Below the pieces are notes generated by a model. That model was not told the DNA's origin. It saw only the letters and a program-made list of their open reading frames with translations, and did no database searches. This document shows, one piece after another, positions 42,200-56,700 of a DNA stretch of 64,000 bases (positions within the stretch are counted from its first letter, which is position 1; the number at the start of each line of letters is the position of its first letter). The translations under genes and the position numbers were made by a program. The stretch comes from Lama guanicoe (Eukaryota), in NCBI GenBank assembly GCA_013239625.1, contig MU053482.1, positions 1,401,168 through 1,465,167 of the forward strand. Reading direction: 5' to 3'.

Positions 42200-42600
42200 A
42201 CTACTTCTCAGGGATATCTCAGATGATCACAGCATAGCCCATATTAGTTATATTAGTCCAAATCAAGTTTCAAACCTAATTAGATTTTTGCAATTATAAT
42301 AATTGTATAAAAATAATGAAGAGACTAAATGAAGCCCCTGAGACCTTAATAAATATCTCAGCCAGCACAATGGTGTAGGAATATGTAAACACATCTAGTT
42401 TTCTTAATCTCAATGGATTTTCTCCCATTGGATTTTCAATTAAATGTTAACAAACCTGTGCACCCCTGATGCCAAGGTACTTCCGGTTTTACATTTCAAA
42501 TGTTCCTAAATCCTGCAAAAATAAGCCCTGTTGTACAAAGGTGATTCCTGGAATTTGTCCCCATCATAATATTAGACCAGCAGGTAACAGTCATTCATTG
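42200..42600 (+). promoter_or_regulatory. Candidate OR promoter for the 45249 locus
   Basis: O/E(Ebf)-like tctcaggga 42206-42214 and cccctgaga 42335-42343, homeodomain-like taatga 42314-42319, possible donor caggtaac near 42581. Confidence 0.35.
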
Positions 42601-43454
42601 TTATTGATTTATAAGTGTCCTTTGCATTTGTAGTGGAAGCTATAGTTGCTTATTTGAAGGGATTCTTATTTATGGATCATCCACTCATTGCCATTCATTG
42701 CTAGATATATTAACATATACCATTCAACACAGTGACAATTGGAGGTAAATGTTATTATTACTCCAATTTTTAAAATAAGGAAATTGAGTCTCAGAGGGGT
42801 TATGTAACTTTTCCAAGATCACCTAGTCAGTAAGTGGCAGACCTGGAATTTATCCCTAGAGCTTTCGGCTCTGAAATCTTTTCTTTTCACCTCAGCACTG
42901 TACGTCATGTTTTCCATGTCACACTGGCATTCATGTCATATTCTGAATTCATTTGAGTCTTCCATGTATATATTTCTCATAAAAATATAAAATTTATTCC
43001 AGATTTGTGTCTTTTGAACTTCTGACACAATCCTATAACTAATTAATGAAGCCAGAGACTTAGCTTTCTTACATTATTGTAACAAGTTAATTCATATGAG
43101 CAATTGATTATGAGCACTGGCTTAATCATCACTTCAAAGATACAAGTTTTTCATAGTCAAGTAAGAACTGGGTAAGAATAGTGTATTGGTAGTTATTTAC
43201 CTGTATACTTAGTAAAAGAAGAATTTTAATGTTGGAATCTTTTAAAAAGTAGAAAATATTCCAGTTGGCAATTCAAGAGTCTACACATGATTAACTCTGT
43301 TCCTTTAAAAAACAATGATGTTTCTTCCCCCTCAAGTAGTAGGCTTCTGATATTTGATAGTAGCACTTCTGAAGTATTATTTGATAATTGATAGTATTTG
43401 TTGATTTTTTTCACTCTTTGGTACTAGCTTTTTCAGTAGTCTGGCTTGTTTCTT

Positions 43455-44330
43455 ATTTTTTTATTTTTTTTATTGATTTATGATCATTTTACAATGTTGT
43501 GTCAAATTCCAGTGTAGAGCACAATTTTTCAGTTATACATGAACATATATATATTCATTGTCACATTTTTTTCTCTGTGAGCTACCATAAGATCTTGTGT
43601 ATATTTCCCCGTGCTATACAGTATAATCTTGTTTATCTAGTCTTCAATTTTGAAATCCCGTCTATCCCTTCCCACCCTCCACCCCCTTGGCAACCACAAG
43701 TTTGTATTCTATGTCTATGAGTCTGTTTCTGTTTTGTATTTATGCTTTGTTTTTGTTTTTGCTTTTTAGATTCCACATATGAGTAATCTCATATGGTGTT
43801 TTTCTTTCTCTTTCTGGCTTACTTCACTTAGAATAACATTCTCCAGGAGCATCTATGTTGCTGCAAATGGCATTATGTTGTTGTTTTTATGGCTGAATAG
43901 TATTCCCTTGTATAAATACACCACATCTTTATCCAGTCATCTGTTAATGGACATTTAGGCTGTCTGCATGTCTTGGCTATTGTAAATAGTGCTACTATGA
44001 ACATTGGGGTGTAGGTGTATTTTTGAAGTAGGGTTCCTTCTGGACATATGCCCAGGAGCAGGATTACTGGACCATATGGTAAGTCTATTCCTAGTCTTTT
44101 GAGGAATCTCCATACTGTTTTCCACACTGGCTGCACCAAACTGCATTCCCACCAGCAGTGTAGAAGGTTCCCTTTCCTCCACAGCCTCTCCAGCATATGC
44201 CATTTGTGGACTTTTGAATGATGGCCATTCTGGCTGGTGTGAGGTGATAACTCATCGTAGTTTTGATTTGCATTTCTCTGATAATTAGTGATACTGAGCA
44301 TTTTTTCATGTGCCTGTTGATCATTTGTAT
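43455..44330 (-). mobile_element. L1 3' end (relatively young)
   Basis: Poly-T, 3'UTR shared with the 62565 insert, ORF2 tail [18 protein letters not shown]. Confidence 0.9.
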
Positions 44331-45248
44331 GGTGAAATGACTTTCTAGTATTTTTTTCATTTAAGTATTACTCTTTTGATCTCATGTGGATGGCATAACA
44401 TATGCATGTAGGCATCTTGTCAACATATTCTAATATACAACATTTTCATACTTGATTATGAAATGTCTGATTTTGTTAGGTCCGCACAGTGCCTAAATTA
44501 CAACTAGTGATCCACAGTGGAATTATTTCTCACAATGCTCTTGGGATTAAACTCTACAGATAGCTTCCATTACAGCCAATCCATAATTGTATTAATCAGG
44601 GTAGGTGATGTTATGTTCTTCTCACAAATTAACCCTGGCAACTCAGTGTGGTCTAATACAACATAGATTTATTTCTGGCTTCCAGTATGCTCTCTGTTCT
44701 CCATATTCCCTCAAATCCCAGGCTGATAGGAAATTCCATTATCTTATAATTGTATCATGCAGAATATATCACTGTGGAAGAGGAAGAGAGAGTTGTCCAC
44801 TGGTAATTTAATTTGATCCAGAAGAGAAACAAAGCATTTCCTCTCATAGCCCATTGGCATGTACTATTCGCAGTCTTACCTAACTGCGAGGGGACTTTGA
44901 CTTCTGGTTCTCATCAAATTCCCAAAACATCATTGCTGTAAGTGTTCATTCAACAACCTGAATTGATCAAATGATGCAAATGTGAGTGCCAACTGTGTTC
45001 TGATCTGAATCAATGGTCCCTTTGTGAGTATCTCTACCTTAAGATAATGGACATTAATATTCTCAAATCATGCACAATGTAAATGTATTTGGAAACATGT
45101 TGTAAAGTGTAAGAATTAGACAAAAGAGAGATCAATGTGTTGATTTTCTGACAGGTTGGCTGGTAAAGTAAGTATATTAATTATAAGCCCATTTAATTTA
45201 TTCTAATACCCACTGGTTTTTATTTCAATAGGCATCATTCCAAATAAG

Positions 45249-46201
45249 ATGAAGACTGGAAACCAAACAATGATGACAGAATTCATTATTTTGGGGTTAA
45301 CAGAGCATCCTACACTTCGTTCCATCTTCTTTGTGGTTTTTCTAGGAATCTATATTGCTACCATATTAGGCAATGTCAGCATAATTATATTAATCCAAAG
45401 AAGCCCTCAGCTTCACACCCCGATGTACCTTTTCCTCAGCCATTTGGCCTTTCTGGACATTGGGTACTCCTCATCAGTCACACCTATTATGATTGTGAGT
45501 TTCCTAAAAAAGGGAACTACCATCCCTGTTGCTGGCTGCATAGCCCAGCCTGGCTCTGATGTTATCTTTGGAACAGCTGAGTGCTTCCTGCTGACAGCCA
45601 TGGCCTATGATCGCTACGTGGCCATCTGCTTCCCACTCCTCTATACACATGTCTCCCAGTGTCTGCATCATCTTATTGGTCGCTTCCTATCTGGGAGGAT
45701 GTGCAAATGCTTCATCATTTACTGGATGTTTATTGAGCTTGACTTTCTGTGGACCGAATAAAATCAATCATTTCTTCTGTGACCTTCCACCACTAGTGAA
45801 GCTCTCATGTACCCATATTTATGTTGCTGAAATATCTCCTGCCATCTCAGCTGGGTCAATCATTGTAATCACACTGTTTACCATAACTGTTTCATATCTG
45901 CACATCCTCCACTCGATCCTGAAGATGCACACAACAGAGGGAAGGCACAAGGCTTTCTCTACTTGTACTTCCCCACCTCACTGCAGTCACTCTGTTTTAT
46001 GGGACAGTCACATTTGTTTATGTCATATCGAAGTCAAGCCATTCACCTGACCATATTAAAGTGGTGTCCGTCTTCTACACAGTGGTGACCCCCATGTTGA
46101 ACCCCCTCAACTACAGTCTGAGGAACAAAGACGTGAAAGAGGCCGTGAGAAAACTGATGGCTAGCATGCGAGGACATCCACTTCAAAGGCAGGTATCTTG
46201 A
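45249..46201 (+). pseudogene. Olfactory receptor pseudogene, family 5 subfamily P-like
   Basis: [25 protein letters not shown] and PMLNPL.YSLRN motifs; 5-nt deletion near 45643-45648 and +1 C in the C-run 45971-45974 relative to the intact paralogue; splice acceptor 17 nt before the ATG. Confidence 0.92.
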
Positions 46202-46550
46202 AGAAACAGTGCCAGTCACATAACTAGATAAAGAGCCAAGTTGCCCCCAGCCCCAAATCTCCTTAGATAACTGACCATTCAGACCACTTGTATTTTCTCT
46301 TCCCATGCTGTAAATTTCTGCTCTTATATTTTTAAGTCACCAATAAAGAGTGAGGGTATGAAACCCTAGGCCCCCACCCTCAACCCTAATAAAGCAGAAC
46401 CCTAGTATCTCTCTCTTTCTCTATTCCATGACCCTGTGTGGCCCCAGCTGTATAACTTCCAGGACTTGTAAGTAATCAGCCTTGTCTCTTTCAAAATTTC
46501 CTGATGGTTATTGCTAAGCGCATCTTGCAATAAGAACCACAAGGGCTGGT
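46167..46550 (+). mobile_element. Probable ERV LTR at the 3' end of the OR pseudogene
   Basis: Homology to the intact paralogue stops abruptly near a TG; two AATAAA and LTR-like composition follow; 3' end and TSD not resolved. Confidence 0.45.
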
Positions 46551-48649
46551 CCAGGATATGAAGACAAACTGGAAGGAGCTGGCTTAAAGAAGTCCCAGTA
46601 ACTCAGCACTCTGGTAGATGAAGTTATGTATCCACAGTTCTCAGAAAGGATAACACCATAGATTCCAGGTTAGACATCATTTTTTACAATGAAACAGGCA
46701 GTGTTCACTTTCATGTCCCTGGGCCTCTTACGTTAAGCATTTAAAAATCTATTTATCACCTACTCATATGTCCTTTTTTTGTATAATGTATTGTCAGGTC
46801 TTTTGTCAATTTTATTCTCAGACTGTACTTTTCTTACTGATTTGTTGTTATAATCTGTCTTCAAGTCGTTTTGTCAGATTTATACATTAAAGGTATACCC
46901 TCCCTTTGAAGTATGCTGTGTCACTCTCTTTATTGTATCCTTGATGAACAAAAAATTTTAATTAAAATGATCTAATTTATCAATGTTTTCTTTAATGTTT
47001 AATATTTTAGTGAAACTTCAAGATATCTTTGCCTAATCCAAGGTCATAAAGACATTCTCTATTTTATCTTCTAGAGGCTTTATACTTCTGAAACTCAGGA
47101 CTGAGCAGCAATTTTAGGTATTTTTGTTTCATCTATGAATTCAGAAAAGGCAAAAGTCCACACATCTATTTACTGTGAGGCTGTGCGGGACTAAGTGGTT
47201 TCTCTTTTATTGCTAGCTCCTCCTCTGCTGCTGCTTTCTAGGAAAAATCATTGTAGCATAAGAGAAGGGAATTTTGGGGTGAAATGATTTGTTTTTGCAT
47301 TTGGGTTTCTTCCAAATTTCTATCTGTCCAGACAATTTACATTGTCATCCAAAAACTGGCTGATTCATTCTCATCCCTTCAAAGTGTCTCTGTAAGACAG
47401 ACAAGACCGCAGGTAGGCAAACTGCCACATTTCTCTGCTCGCCTATGTGGATGTCAGTTCTTCAAGGCTTTCTTGAATCCTCTACTCCTGGTTCATTGAC
47501 TATGTAAGTGTGATTTTCATTTCATTGAGATTTGTCCTGTTGCCATATGATGAAAGGTTTTTCATATCCTTCTATATCCTAATTCAGAGATGTAAGTACC
47601 ACTTTGATTAAGTTGTGAATGTTAAATCAATGTAGATTTTCTGGAATAAACACAACTTTAGTTGCTTTTTTATCCATTTTATTATCACTAGGTTTGATTT
47701 GCTAATTATTTGGTTTAGGATGTTTGCATCCATGTGCATGAGAGAATTTGGCTTAACATTTTCCATTCTTGAAATGAAGTTTTCAGGTGGGAGTATTAAA
47801 ATATAAAAATGATTCAGAAAGTGTTTCTTTGTTGTCTTTTCTCGGAAGAACATTTTACAGGATTAGTGATATTTATACCTGTGATATTTGTAAAACTTCA
47901 ACAGTGAAGCCATCTGGGCCTTCCATTTTGTGGAAAAGTTTTTCACTATAAGACTCACTTTTATTAATGAAAAAAGGAATATTCAGTTTCTCAATTTCTT
48001 TCTTGTCATTTTTGGTAAGATATTCTTCCAAGTGGTTTTCCAATTCCTTTACATTTCAAAATTATATCTTATTTTTACTTTCTGTAGGATTTATAATGTT
48101 GTTCCCATTTCATTCCAATATTGTACTTTCTACATATCTTTTTTGAGTTTTTTTCTATATATCTTATTAATAAACCTTAGTGGTTTATCAATTTTATTAG
48201 CATTTTTAAAGGATGAAATTTTGATTTGTGCTTTTCTATACTGTACATCAATTTTCTATTTTATAAATGTATATTCATCTCTATTATTTTCTTCTTTTTG
48301 GGGGTTTAATTAGAAGTTTTTTATTTAAATTCTTGAGAAGGCTTGAGAAAGACACTTACATAATAGTTTCCATTCTTTTTTTTTTTGCAATATGCAAAAT
48401 TTCCTTATAGTCATTGCATTAGCAGTGTCCAATAAGATTTAATATGTTACATTTTAGCTAATATCTAATCTAGCTAACACTTCTAATTCTTATCATGATT
48501 TCTTTCTTGACTTTTGTATTATTTACAAATATGTTGTTTATTTTCCATAATTTTGGGAATGTTCAAGTTATATTATTGACAAAAGACATGCTCTGAAACA
48601 TTTAAATACCTAAAAAAATTTTAAGACTGAATTTGTGGTCAATTTTTAT

Positions 48650-51600
48650 AGTAAAGATATTATCAGCTTAAAAATAGACTGTTATAACTATAAGAAATTT
48701 CATATAAGTTCCTTAGTTACCACAAAGAAAATACTATAAAATATTTACAAAAGAAAAAGAGAAAGGAATCAATATCAATTAAACACACAAACACACACAC
48801 ACAATGAGACAAAGAAAGACAGTAAGACAGAAAAAGTGGGACAAAATAACTATCAGATAAACCAAAAATAGTTAAAGAATGGAAACAGTAAATCCTCCAT
48901 CAATAACTACCTTAAATGTAAATGGACTAAACTCCCCAACAAAGACACAGAATAGCTGAATAAATTTAAAAATGAAGATCCAACTGTATGCTATTTATAA
49001 GAAACTCACTTTAGTGGCTCTAATACCACACAAAGAAGACTTTAAGTCAAAAAGACTTTGTCTCTAGAAACAAAGAATATTATTACTTAATGATAAAAGG
49101 ATTATCAACAGGAAACATAATAATTGTAAATATAAATACTCTCAACATCAAAACACCTAATTATAGGAAAAAAATATTGATAGATCTGAAAGGAGAAATT
49201 GATGACAATATAATTATGGTAAGATATTTAAATACCTCAATTTCAATAATGGATAGAACATCCAGCAGAAGATCAATAAAGAAATAGTGGATTTGAACAC
49301 TATAGATCAAATGAAACTAACAGATATATACAGGACTTTTTACCAAACAGCAAAAGGAAACACATTCTTCAGGACTGATCACATATCAGAACACCAAAAG
49401 TTCTTAACAAATTCAAGATGATTGAAGTTATACTGAGTATCTTTTCCAACCACAATGGCACAAAACTTGAAATCAGTAACAGCAAGAAAAGAGGGAAAAC
49501 TCACAAATACATGGAAGCTAAATAACTCACTCTTCAACAACCACTGAGTCAAAGAGGATATCAAAAGGGAATATAAAAATATCTTGAGACAAGTGAAAAG
49601 GGAAATGCAATTTACAAAACTTACCATATGCAGCTAAAGCAGTACCAAAAGAGACATTTATAGTGATAAACATCTATATTAAAAAAGAAGAAACATTTTA
49701 AATAAACAACCTAACTTTACATTTCAAGGAATTAGAAAAAGAAGAAAAAACTAAACCCAACATTAGCAGAAGAGATAATAAATATCGCAGCAGAAATAAA
49801 TCAAATGGAGAATAGAAAAATAATTTTAAAAGCCCACAAAACTAAGAGTTGGATTTTGAAAAAATAAAATAGACAAATCTGTAGCTAGACTAAAGTAAAA
49901 AGAGGGCTCAATAAATAAAATCATAAATGAAATTAGAAACATTAAATAGATGCCTCAGAAGTAAAAAGTATCATAAGGGATTATATAAACAATTATGTGT
50001 GAATGAATTGGATAGCCCAAAAGAAATGCATAAATTTCTAGAAACATATGACCTATTAAGATTGGATAGAGAAGAAATAGAAAGTTAAAACAGAACTACC
50101 ATATGATCCAGCAATCCCACTTCTGTACATACATCGGAAGGAAATGGAAACATTATCTCAAAGGGATACATGCCTTCCCATGCTTACTGCAGCATTATTC
50201 ACAATACTGAAGACTCGAAAGTAAACTAAGTGTCCATCAACAGAAGAATGGATAAAGAATATCTGATATAAATATCAGAATGTGTACACAAACACAAACA
50301 CAAACACAATGGAATATTATTCAGCCGTAAAAAGACATCCTGCCTTTTGGGACAACATGGATGGAACTTGAGGGCATTATGTTAAATGAAGTAAGTCAGA
50401 TGGAGAAAGACAAATACTATATGTTCTCACTTACATGTGGAATTGAAAGAAATTAATAGAAATAGAGAGTAGAAAGAGGTTGTCAGGGACTGGGTGTAGG
50501 GGGAATAGTAAGGTGTTGGCCAAAGGATACAGACTTCCAGCCATAAGATGAATAAGTTCTGGGGATCTTATGTGGAGCATGGCGACTCTAGTTAACAGCA
50601 CTGTATTACATACTTGAAAATTGTTAAGAGAGCAGAACTTAAATGTTCTCATCACATACACACAAAAAAGATAATTATGCAAGGGGCCAAAGGTGTTAAT
50701 TAACCATATTGTGGTAACCATTTTGAAATATATATGTGTCTCAAACTATCACACTGTACATCTTAAACTTACATATGTTAGAGGTCTATAATCTCTCAAT
50801 AAATCTGGGAAATAAAGAGAAAAAGAAAGCCCAAACAGGCCAATAACATACAAAGAGATTGAATCAGTAATCAAAAACTTCACAACAGAGAAAGGTCCAA
50901 GACAATTTGCTTCATGGGTAAATTCTATTAAACAATCAAAGAAGAATTAATTCTAATTCTACTTAAACTCTTCCAAAAAACAGAGTAAGAGAGATCACCT
51001 TCAAATTCATTTTAAGAGTACAGCATCACCTCAAAAACAAATCCATATAAAAACACCACAAGAGCCAACCTCTTCATGACTATCCTAATGACCCTCCCTG
51101 GAAATTTCAGCACAAGATTTTCCTCTAAGATCAGAAACAAGGCAGCAATGTTCAATCTTTTTTTCTTTTCTTGATGTGTAGTCAGTTTACAATGTTGTGT
51201 CAATTTTGGGTGTACAGCATAATAGTTCAGTCATACATATACATACATATATTCGTTTTCATATTCTTTTTCATTATAGGTTACTACAAGATATTGAATA
51301 TAGTTCCCTGAACAATGTTCAAACTTGCCACATCTGTTCAACATTGTATTGGAGCCTTAGACAGGGCAATTAGACAAGGAAAAACAAAAGCATCCAGATC
51401 AAAAAGAATTAAAATTGTCCCTGTTTGCAGACAGTATGATTTTATATAGAAAAAACTCAAAAAAGTCATCAAAAAATGCTAAAACTAATAAATTCAATAA
51501 AGTTGCAAGATACAAAATCAACTATAAAAATCATTTTCATTTCTATACAATAACAGTGATCTGAAAAGGAAATTAGGAAACAATCCCATTTACAATAACA

Positions 51601-53750
51601 CCAAAGAGAAAAAAATACCTAGAAATAAACTTAACTAAAGAAATGAAAGATTTGTATACTAAAACAACAAAATATTGATAAAAGAAATTAAACAAAACTC
51701 AAACAAATGTAAACACATTTTGTATTCTTGGGTTTGAAGATTTAATATTTCTAAAATATCCATTCTATCCAAAGTAGATTCAATGCATCCACATCAAAAC
51801 CCCAATGGAATTTCTTTTACAGAAGTATAAAAAATAATTCTAAAGTTCATATACAACCACAAATAAACCCAAATAGCCAAAAATAATCTTGAGAAAAAAA
51901 GGATAAAGCTGTAGGCATCACACTTGCTGATTCCAAACTATATTACAAAGTTACAGTGCTTAAAACAGTATGGTACTGACATAAAGACAAAATACAGATC
52001 AATGAATAGAATAGTGAGCAAAAATAAACTCATGCATATACAGCCAAGTAATTTTTGACAATCACTTCAAGAATATACAGTGGGGAAAGGATATCTTCTT
52101 CAATAAATGATGCTGGGGAAACTGGATATCCACATGCAAGAGAATAAAATTGACAATTATCTTAAAATAAAGAAAAGATTAACTCAGATTAAAGACTTAA
52201 ATGTAAGACCTAAAATTGTAAGAATAAAACCTCTAGAAGAAAACATAGGGGAGAAGATTCATGTCATTGGTCTTGGCAATGATTTCTTTGATATCTCACC
52301 AAAAGTATAGGCAATAAAAACAAAAATAGACAAGTGGGGTTACATTAAACTAAAAAGCTTCTGCAAAGCAATGGAAACAATCAACAGAGTGAAAAGGCAA
52401 GTATAGAATAAGAGAAAATATTTTCAAACTATCTTTCTGATAAGGGGTTAATTTCCAAAATGTATAAGGAACTCATATAACTCTACAGCATAAAAACTAA
52501 TAACTCAATTTAAAAATGGACAAAGACTTAAATAGACATTTTTCCAAAGACACAGAAATGGCCAACAGGTATATGAAAAAGTGCTCAACATCACTAATCA
52601 TCAAGTAAATGCAAATCAAAACCACAATGAGATATCATTTCACATATATTAGGATGGCTATTACAAAAAAGAAAAAAAAAGACAAGTGTATGCAAGGATG
52701 TGGAGAAAGAGAAAAAAAACTTTTGTACATTTTTGCTGGGAATGCAAAATGCTGCAGTTGCTATGGACAACAGTATGACGTTTCCTCAAATAATTAAAAA
52801 TAGAACTACCATATGATCCACTAACCTCACCTCTAGATATTTACCTAAAAGACCTCAAAAAGGTACTGATTAGCACTCCCATGTTCACTGTAGCACTACT
52901 CACAATAGCCAAGATGTGGAATATTATGGTCTTAAAAAAAGAAAGAAATTCTTCAATATGTGACAACATAGATGGACCTGGAGAACACTGTGCTAAGTGA
53001 AAATAAGCCAGTCACAGGAGGACAGTACCACATGATTCCACTTTACAAGGTATCTAAAATAGTTGAATTCATAGACTCAGGAGTGGAATGATGGTTGCCA
53101 GGGGTTGAAGTTAGACTGAAATGAGGAGTTGCTAACCAACAGGCATAAAGTTTCATTTAAGCAAGGTGAATAAGATCTACTCAGCCATGAAAATAATGAA
53201 ATAATGCCATGTGCAGCAACATGGATGGACCTAGAGATTATCATATTAAATGAAGTAACTCAGACAGAGAAGGACAAATATTATATAATGTTGCCTATAT
53301 GTGGAATCAAAAAAAGTTACAAATTTTATTTACAAGCCAGAAATAGACTCATGGTCATAGAAAACAAACTGTGATTCCCGAGGGGAAAGGGGAGAGGAGG
53401 GATATATTAACAGTTTGGGATTAACAGATACACACTACTATATATAAAACAGATAAACAACAAGAACCTACTGTACAGCACAGGGAACTATATTCAATTT
53501 CTTGTAATGTTCTGTAATGGAAAAAATCTGAAAAAATATATGTATGTATATGTATAACTGAACCACTTTGCTGTACAGCTGAAACTAATATTGTAAATTG
53601 ACTGCACTTCAATAAAAATAAGGATTAAAAAAGATGAATAAGTTCTAGAGATCTGCTGTAGAACACCATACCTATAGTTAACCATAGTGTATTGTACACT
53701 TAAGAGGATAAGTCTCATCTAAGTGCTCTTACCACAATAAAATAAATACC
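48650..53750 (+). mobile_element. Long degenerate L1 (endonuclease through 3'UTR) with nested L1 inserts
   Basis: Endonuclease-like start (ttaaatgtaaatggactaaactcccca), LIDLKGEIDDNII, DLNVRP...[18 protein letters not shown]; nested inserts at about 50090-50820, 51156-51312 (TSD caatgttcaa) and 53180-53630. Confidence 0.9.
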
Positions 53751-56700
53751 AAAAAATAGATCATTCATTTATTCACTTGTTCATTCATTCATTTAGTACT
53801 GCTAGGTACCAGGCACTCTGTAATGTTCTAAGAATAGTGTTGAACAAGGCAGAGGCGACCCCTCCCCTGTGGAAATTGTAGGATAGTACGTAAAAATACA
53901 TTATGCAATTATTTGCTCCAGTGCCTATATAATTAAAAGTATGTAAGTGCAAAACATATTTCAAGGTTCTTTGAAATTGTTTGCCAGGAGAATATGACTC
54001 AGTCTAGTGTGAAGAGGAGATTTCAATAGTGAAATAAATTTAAACCCAAGAACTAAGGTGACTAGAAGTTAGTCTTCCATTGGAAGAGGGTGGAGTGATG
54101 AAGACAGCTATACAACAGTTTGTAGTTGGGTAAAGACAGAAATGTGGGAGTATCTATCTCTAAGTCATAGCACAGTGTCTGATACATAGAAAGATTTTTT
54201 TTAATTGTTTAACACTAATTTAACAAACATCTACTTAGTGCCTTCTATATTCCCAACACTGCATCATTGAAGAGGGATACAAAAATTGTGTCATAGACAC
54301 TGCACTTCCACACTAGGGAAAGAATAAGATCCACAGCTATAATGGGCATTAATCAAATGGCATAAACAAAATGTTAGGAGGATGGCAGGGGTGAAGGGAA
54401 CTGAATTCTCCCAGATGTCATCTGGAAAGGTTTTGTAACATTCATTAGTCACAGTTGGGCTTCCTTAGAACCTAAAGGAGCTGTGTCTTTCTGGGACTGA
54501 TGGAACCTTGTAGCAGGTCCATTTCCTAACTTGTTGGAGTTGAGGTGTGTGAGCTGTTCGAGCCTCCTAATGTGGATTATCAGGCTTAGCTTTGTTCTGA
54601 TGGCTACTGATCTATAGGCTCCCTCAAGCCCAGAACCAAAGGAACCTGACCTTCAATCTAGAGAATGTTCTGCTATGTGGCTGTGGTTCAAGAACACAGC
54701 CAGAATCAATTGTGGACATGTGTCTTTGACAACCTGCTAGTCATTGTGGCATCTGCGTGTGACAAGGTCATAAGAAAAGTGTTAGTGCAAGCTTCATTGT
54801 TCTACTAGAAAGTATACATGTTGATGGATCCACGGTTGGCAATGGGGAGAAAGAAGATGGTGTATGTGAGAAATGTCTACTGCCAACAAGCCAGGTGTGT
54901 ATCTCAAGTGTTCTAGTGCAAATCTATAACATATATGGAAAATTCATATGATTTAAAAATGTATGCCACTTATGTTGATAATAATACTGCGGTTCCATTG
55001 GATGCATATTTGTAAACTAAATCGTACCAGCAACCCCAAATTATCTCCAAACATAGGTGACATGAAAATCTGGACCACTGCATATAGCCATGTTTCAGAA
55101 ATGCCACAAATTGTCACAGCCATATTAGTCATGTTGACCTAATCATCAACTCCAATGATAGTAAAATGTTTTTCAATTTGATTAAAATGAAATTTTTAGT
55201 TTTTTCCATTTAATTAAAAATAACTGGAATTTCAGGGTATTTAGAAAATATTTTATTCACACACTTTACATAATCATGTTACATGCTATTTATCTGTCCC
55301 AGCAGATGTATACATGTAATTTCTCTATCCCAGTGGATTCTCAGTTTGGTTTTCCAAAACAAGTGAAATAATTAATTTGTAATTACAAATGAAGTAGGTG
55401 ATTTGGGCCTTATCCCCAATGACACAGACCTCACTTAAATGTGCCCTTGCTGTACAGCAACAATTCCTTGGAGACTACTGGTAGTGTTGCAGAGGATGTA
55501 TCACTAGTTCACACTTGTCCGTTTTTAAGGACACAGACATATTTGATTTTCTCCTATGTCCCAGAAATTACAAGTTGATCATTTCAAGCAAACTATTAGT
55601 AACTGAGCATTTATTTGTTGCATAAACAGTGTTTGGAGCTTTCACTCACTTCATATAATTTAACACAAGAACCGCATGAGGTATATACTGTCTCCTTTTT
55701 ACAGGTAAGGAAACAAGAGCAAACTTTTTTTTATAACTTGCCTGTGATTTCAGAGACAGTGAGAGGCAGAGCTAGAAACTGATTTCAGATTTGCATGGCT
55801 TCAAAGTCCATGGGATTCTGCACGTCCCTTTGCCTTCCCTGCTGGCACTCATATACAACTTCGAAAACATTTGTGTCTTTCATACATCTATTTTCTTTAA
55901 AAATACAAAATTCATTTTTGGCTTGGGTCTTTGTCTAGTTAAAAGAGCCAGAACTTGATCATTCAGATACATAATTCTAGTAACTAGTCATGCTATATAG
56001 TATACTATTGCCATGATTCACATGTAACATTGAGTAAAACGTGCGTGGTTGCTGATAGTTATGTGTGTATGTTTACTTAATTCTCCTTAAGATACAAGTT
56101 CTTGAAAAAACAAATTATTCATAAGAATATGTTGGTATTTAAATTAGAGGAGTCACGGGAATGACTAAGGATAATGAACATATTCTCCCCTGCCCTTCAT
56201 CATGTGATCTATTTTAAAGTAAAGGAGTATTATTTTGAAATGCTAACCTTTCTTTCAGTCTAATTTTCTAGCTTTCCTAGATGGCTACTTCTATTCCTCC
56301 CTCCCTAACTACACTTTCCTCCTGTTCTCATCATATGCCCCCACTTCTTACTTCTCTATTGTTGCTTAATGGAAGTGATGAAACTAAAACTTAATTAATC
56401 CAGGTCCCAAATGTTCACTTTCCATTTAATCCTGGTCCATAAAAATACCTAGATTTTCTTACTGCAACATGCAGTCCCACAAGTATGCAAAGGTATGGTA
56501 TAAGAGACAAGTCCTAGAAGTTTCTGTAAAACATTCAGGATGTTTGGCTCAAAACAATAGTAAAAATTCTATTTGGCTCTTTCATCTTGAACATGGACAA
56601 TTTCTAGCCCTTGGTTTCAGTTATTATAACTAAGAACGTGATTTTTTTTTTATTCCAGGAAAAGGATCAAGAAAGAAAGAGATGTCAAAGTCAACACCAC

